Positions 15,865 to 18,182 of a stretch of DNA of 18,182 nt are shown here, piece after piece. Made by a program: the position numbers and the translations under genes. The stretch is from NCBI GenBank assembly GCA_043811375.1, contig JBDRNJ010000017.1:1-18182 (forward strand). The letters are read 5' to 3'. The DNA is from a bacterium (GTDB lineage: Bacteria > Zixibacteria > MSB-5A5 > GN15 > FEB-12). Position 1 is the stretch's first letter. Each line of letters opens with the position of its first letter. The notes under the pieces were generated by a model, which ran no database searches, was not told the origin of the DNA, and was given only the letters and a program-made list of their open reading frames with translations.

Positions 15865-17799
15865 TTGTTCGGTAAGAAAAAAAGTGATGACGATTCCAAG
15901 GAATCGATGAACTGGCGGGGTCCCGGTAAATCCCTGGTTTTCTGGGTGGCTCTGGCGCTGGTATTTCTGTTTTTATACAGCCTGTTTGCCGGTGTCGGTT
16001 CTGATACCGCCGAGATCACCTACTCCGAGTTTGTGACCGAAATCGACGCTGAAAACATCGCCGAGGTCTCGTTTGAAGATACCAGGGTCAAAGGCTCCCT
16101 GAGAGAGGCTCGGTCGTTTCCCTCAATTGAGTCAGGTGAGTCAGGCAAGTCGTTTGCGAAGTTTGAATCAAGAATCCCCTTCCCCGACATCAACTACCAA
16201 TTGGTGGAGCGATTGGAAAAAGGCGGGGCCAAGATCATTGCCACGACTGAGTCGGCCTATATCGGCTACTTTATATCTGTCCTGCCCTGGGTGTTTTTGG
16301 TACTGATCTGGCTGTTCTTCATTCGCCAGATGCAGGGGGCATCGGGACCCAAAGGGTTGTTCTCGTTTGGCAAAAGCAAAGCCAAACTGCTGACCGATGA
16401 GCGACCCAAAGTAACCTTCGACGACGTGGCCGGTACCGACGAAGCCAAGGAAGAACTCCAGGAGATTATTGAATTCCTGCGTGAACCGGCCAAGTTTCAG
16501 AAGCTGGGCGGCAAGATTCCCAAGGGAGCGTTGCTGCTGGGACCGCCCGGGACCGGCAAGACGCTGCTGGCGCGGGCGGTGGCCGGTGAAGCGGATGCAC
16601 CGTTCTTCTCTATGTCCGGTTCCGATTTTGTCGAGATGTTCGTCGGTGTCGGCGCCAGCCGTGTACGGGATTTATTTGATCAGGGCAAAAAGAATGCTCC
16701 CTGCATCATCTTCATAGATGAAATCGATGCCGTAGGCAGACACCGGGGAGCGGGTCTGGGCGGCGGTCATGACGAGCGCGAGCAGACACTCAACCAGTTG
16801 CTGGTGGAGATGGACGGCTTCGAATCCAACGAAGGTGTTATCCTGGTAGCGGCTACCAACCGTCCGGATGTGCTTGACCCTGCCCTCCTGCGACCGGGCC
16901 GGTTCGACCGCCAGATTGTAGTACCGTTGCCGGATGTAAAGGGACGGGAAGGAATCCTGACTGTCCACGCCCGTAAGGTCAAGCTCGCTGACGATATTGA
17001 CCTGAAGGTCCTGGCTCGCGGAACGCCCGGTCTGTCAGGAGCCGATCTGGCCAATCTGGTCAACGAGGCGGCACTGCTGGCCTCACGTCGCGACAAGGAC
17101 GAGGTCTCGATGGACGAGTTCGAGGAAGCCAAGGACAAAGTCCTGATGGGTTCGGCGCGCAGATCGTTGGTGATCTCGGATGAAGAGAAGGAAATCATCG
17201 CCTACCATGAGAGCGGCCACACGCTGGTGTCAAAATTCCTGCCCGGCGCTGATCCGATCCACAAGGTGACCATCATCCCGCGCGGCCTGGCGCTGGGGGT
17301 AACTCAGTCGCTGCCGGTTGATGAGCGGCACACACACTCCAGAGAGTATCTTCAGGCAACTCTGGCTGTGCTGATGGGAGGCCGTGTGGCGGAGTTGCTG
17401 GTGTTCGACCAGTTGGACACCGGGGCCGGTAACGACCTGGAGCGGGCCACCAAGCTGGCACGCAAAATGGTATGTAATTGGGGCATGTCCGATAAACTGG
17501 GACCGGTGACTCTTGGGCGCACCGAAGAACACATTTTCCTCGGCAAGGAAATGGCCCAGCAGAAGAATTACTCGGAGGCGACCGCCATGCAGATCGATCA
17601 GGAGATACGTGCCTTCATCCACCAGGCCGAAAACACCGCCCGGAAGATTCTGCAGGGCAACATGGACAATCTGCACAAAGTAGCCAAGACCCTGCTGGAG
17701 AAGGAAACCATCGATGGCAGCGAGGTGGATGTGATTATCGGGCGATCCTCGGGTGATGTCGAGCCGGTCAAAGAGCCGACCCCGACACCGGAGAAGTGA
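15865..17799 (+). CDS. ftsH: ATP-dependent zinc metalloprotease FtsH
   Basis: Two TMs, Walker A GPPGTGKT, Walker [35 protein letters not shown]. In-frame TTG 15865 lies 9 nt after AGGAGG (15850-55) and is preferred over TTG 15805. Confidence 0.97.
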   Translation: MFGKKKSDDDSKESMNWRGPGKSLVFWVALALVFLFLYSLFAGVGSDTAEITYSEFVTEIDAENIAEVSFEDTRVKGSLREARSFPSIESGESGKSFAKFESRIPFPDINYQLVERLEKGGAKIIATTESAYIGYFISVLPWVFLVLIWLFFIRQMQGASGPKGLFSFGKSKAKLLTDERPKVTFDDVAGTDEAKEELQEIIEFLREPAKFQKLGGKIPKGALLLGPPGTGKTLLARAVAGEADAPFFSMSGSDFVEMFVGVGASRVRDLFDQGKKNAPCIIFIDEIDAVGRHRGAGLGGGHDEREQTLNQLLVEMDGFESNEGVILVAATNRPDVLDPALLRPGRFDRQIVVPLPDVKGREGILTVHARKVKLADDIDLKVLARGTPGLSGADLANLVNEAALLASRRDKDEVSMDEFEEAKDKVLMGSARRSLVISDEEKEIIAYHESGHTLVSKFLPGADPIHKVTIIPRGLALGVTQSLPVDERHTHSREYLQATLAVLMGGRVAELLVFDQLDTGAGNDLERATKLARKMVCNWGMSDKLGPVTLGRTEEHIFLGKEMAQQKNYSEATAMQIDQEIRAFIHQAENTARKILQGNMDNLHKVAKTLLEKETIDGSEVDVIIGRSSGDVEPVKEPTPTPEK

Positions 17800-17885
17800 A
17801 CGCTAACCCCTGTCACCGCGGACCAAGTGTGACGACAATCAGCGAGTCCTCCCTCTTGCAGTTCGTGCCCGGTATCTGTAACCTC

Positions 17886-17917
17886 TTGACAATTTGTCGA
17901 TAATGGCTACATTGTAG
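17886..17917 (+). promoter_or_regulatory. Sigma70-type promoter overlapped by two palindromes
   Basis: TTGACA (17886-91), 16 bp, TACATT (17908-13); GACAA-T-TTGTC overlaps the -35 and GCTACA-T-TGTAGC overlaps the -10. Confidence 0.6.
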
Positions 17918-17971
17918 CAGTAGATTCATAAACCTGTCAGATTTACCTGTCTTGTAAGGAGGCGTGACTGT

Positions 17972-18028
17972 ATGGATATTGTAATTACCCGATCATTGGA
18001 ATCACGCCCGGAGAACATTAGCTTCTGA
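17972..18028 (+). CDS. Putative small or leader peptide MDIVITRSLESRPENISF (18 aa)
   Basis: Perfect TAAGGAGG (17955-62) 9 nt before the ATG, downstream of a promoter; below the ORF-track size cutoff. Confidence 0.45.
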   Translation: MDIVITRSLESRPENISF

Positions 18029-18098
18029 TCCGATATAATCGGGTCTCAGCATGATCTGTTCGCCTTGTCGGGGGCGGTTTATACCCAGGATCAAAATC

Positions 18099-18131
18099 AG
18101 CCGCGGGCGTGAATGATGTCTGCGGTTTTCT
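18099..18131 (+). terminator. Possible intrinsic terminator or attenuator hairpin
   Basis: AGCCGCGGGCGT-gaatg-ATGTCTGCGGTT 12-bp stem with four G-U pairs (forms only on the + transcript), running into TTTTCT. Confidence 0.45.
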
Positions 18132-18182
18132 CTGCGCTGGATTTACCCCACTGAAAGCCGCACCAGCTAAATCACCTCAGCA

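Noticed and set aside
344..17816. Numerous antisense and alternate-frame ORFs in the track (for example 3908-4504, 5375-5938, 13719-14003, 17230-17676)
   Set aside because: Shadows of well-supported genes in GC-rich DNA, with no recognisable motifs.
18109..18182. Start of a downstream CDS at GTG 18109 (open to the window end)
   Set aside because: Only 24 codons visible, no SD, start buried in a hairpin, no recognisable motif.

Overview
Bacterial, GC-rich chromosomal window with five parts. (1) The 3' remnant of a decayed, internally deleted IS256/Mutator-like transposase, then an OsmC-family gene. (2) A surface-polysaccharide cluster: multi-SLBB export protein, Wzz/Wzc-type co-polymerase, WbpB-like oxidoreductase, WbpE-like aminotransferase, MurJ-family flippase, an antisense D-glucuronyl C5-epimerase-family gene, a GT4 glycosyltransferase and a second DegT aminotransferase. 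(3) A DRG-like OBG/TGS GTPase. (4) An AT-rich island of about 1.9 kb with two orphan genes. (5) The conserved tilS-hpt-ftsH block, followed by a promoter, an 18-codon ORF and a structured leader. The island is the most unusual part. Each orphan gene is preceded by a copy of a ~70-bp non-palindromic repeat (59/70 identical) built as hairpin+T-tract, -10 box, and an attI-like end whose homology stops at GTTA. The second gene ends in a half attC site, and the island is bracketed by GTAG/GTGG REP-type hairpins. No integrase or RAYT transposase is in the window. This looks like an integrase-less, REP-embedded gene-cassette array built from repeated attI-like expression modules rather than attC sites (inference). 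All family assignments come from motif recognition, not database searches.
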